Shown piece by piece: positions 63,305-64,000 of a stretch of DNA of 64,000 bases (position 1 is the first letter of the stretch; the number at the start of each line of letters is the position of its first letter). The position numbers and the translations under genes were made by a program. This stretch comes from Carcharhinus longimanus (Eukaryota). The DNA is taken from contig JASCQW010000190.1 in NCBI GenBank assembly GCA_030264375.1, forward strand, positions 43,278,870-43,342,869, in the 5' to 3' direction. The notes beneath the pieces are model-generated. The model did no database searches. It was not told the origin of the DNA and saw nothing but the letters and a program-made list of their open reading frames with translations.

Positions 63305-63660
63305 TAGGGATGAGGAGCAGGATTTGGTGTTGACATCAAGATGGAAGTGGCAGAAATGGAGGAAGATGATGTTTTGAATATAGGTGTCAGCCACCCACTG
63401 ACACCTATATTCAAAACATCANNNNNNNNNNNNNNNNNNNNNNNNNNNNNNNNNNNNNNNNNNNNNNNNNNNNNNNNNNNNNNNNNNNNNNNNNNNNNNN
63501 NNNNNNNNNNNNNNNNNNNNNTGCTCCTCATCCCTATCCCTCTCAGCATTCCAAAAAGGATCATTCCTCAATCCCAAAACCTCCTCCCCTTTTCACAGCA
63601 CCTTTCCATGCAAATGCAGGAGGTGCAATACCCACCCTCTACCTTCACTCCTGTCAGCCT
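63305..63660 (+). mobile_element. Penelope-like ORF fragment with fold-back inversion
   Basis: Reconstructed frame PTDTYIQNIIFLHFCHFHLDVNTKSCSSSLSLSAFQ and remnant HSTFPCKCRRCNT; arms 63305-63390 and 63398-63536 (partly gap). Confidence 0.65.
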
Positions 63661-63749
63661 ACAAGGCTCCAGCTACTCGGTGTATGTAGCCGCACACCTC
63701 AGTGTGAAAATCCATTAGTACAACATCTCCTGAAGCCTTTGTTTGTTCA

Positions 63750-64000
63750 CAGCAGTGGAGTAGTGCTATCGGAGATTCAAGATAATGCACTGGGGACCCA
63801 CGTTTGAATCCCACCACAGCAGCTAGTGAAATTTAAATTGGAATTTTGGAATTAGAAGTCTAATGATGACCATGAAACCACTGTGAAAAAAAAAACCATC
63901 AGGTTCACTTTGGGAAGGAAATCTGCCATTCTTACCTGGTCTGGCCTATAGTGACTCCGGACCCACAGCTAAATGGTTAACTCTTAAATGCCCTGTGAAA
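63750..64000 (+). mobile_element. tRNA-headed SINE (20759 family), cut by the window end
   Basis: gtttgaatcccacc..gatgaccatgaaacca..gggaaggaaatctgcc. Confidence 0.8.

Noticed and set aside
1-64000. CRISPR arrays, operons or prokaryotic defence systems
   Set aside because: The sequence is vertebrate; the only regular tandem array is the coding 36-mer, which has no unique spacers.

Overview
This is vertebrate genomic DNA, not prokaryotic. The repeat landscape points to a shark or other elasmobranch draft scaffold with about 12 N-gaps: HE1/V-SINEs, HER1/CR1, SacSINE1-type DeuSINE, Rex1/Babar, L2-group, Tx1, Penelope and GGGC-TIR MITEs. Most of the 64 kb is repeat-rich intergenic or intronic sequence, and almost all ORFs in the track are repeat-derived or chance. 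The one well-supported coding segment is a minus-strand terminal exon (56234-56885) encoding a Tyr/Gln/Pro-rich stretch followed by nine 12-aa His/Gly repeats (GHSHDLGHPSGH). I cannot assign it to a known gene. At the left edge are probable minus-strand 5' exons and a promoter of another unidentified gene. Other highlights: minimal hammerhead-ribozyme motifs in three different Penelope-like termini, perfect fold-back palindromes made of Penelope sequence, a triple-nested insertion (CR1 < solo LTR < Tx1) with both TSDs visible, a V-SINE family with two alternative LINE-type tails, and an ungapped 154-bp duplication of unique sequence. Repeat family names come from recalled consensus similarity, not a database search, and repeat boundaries are approximate.
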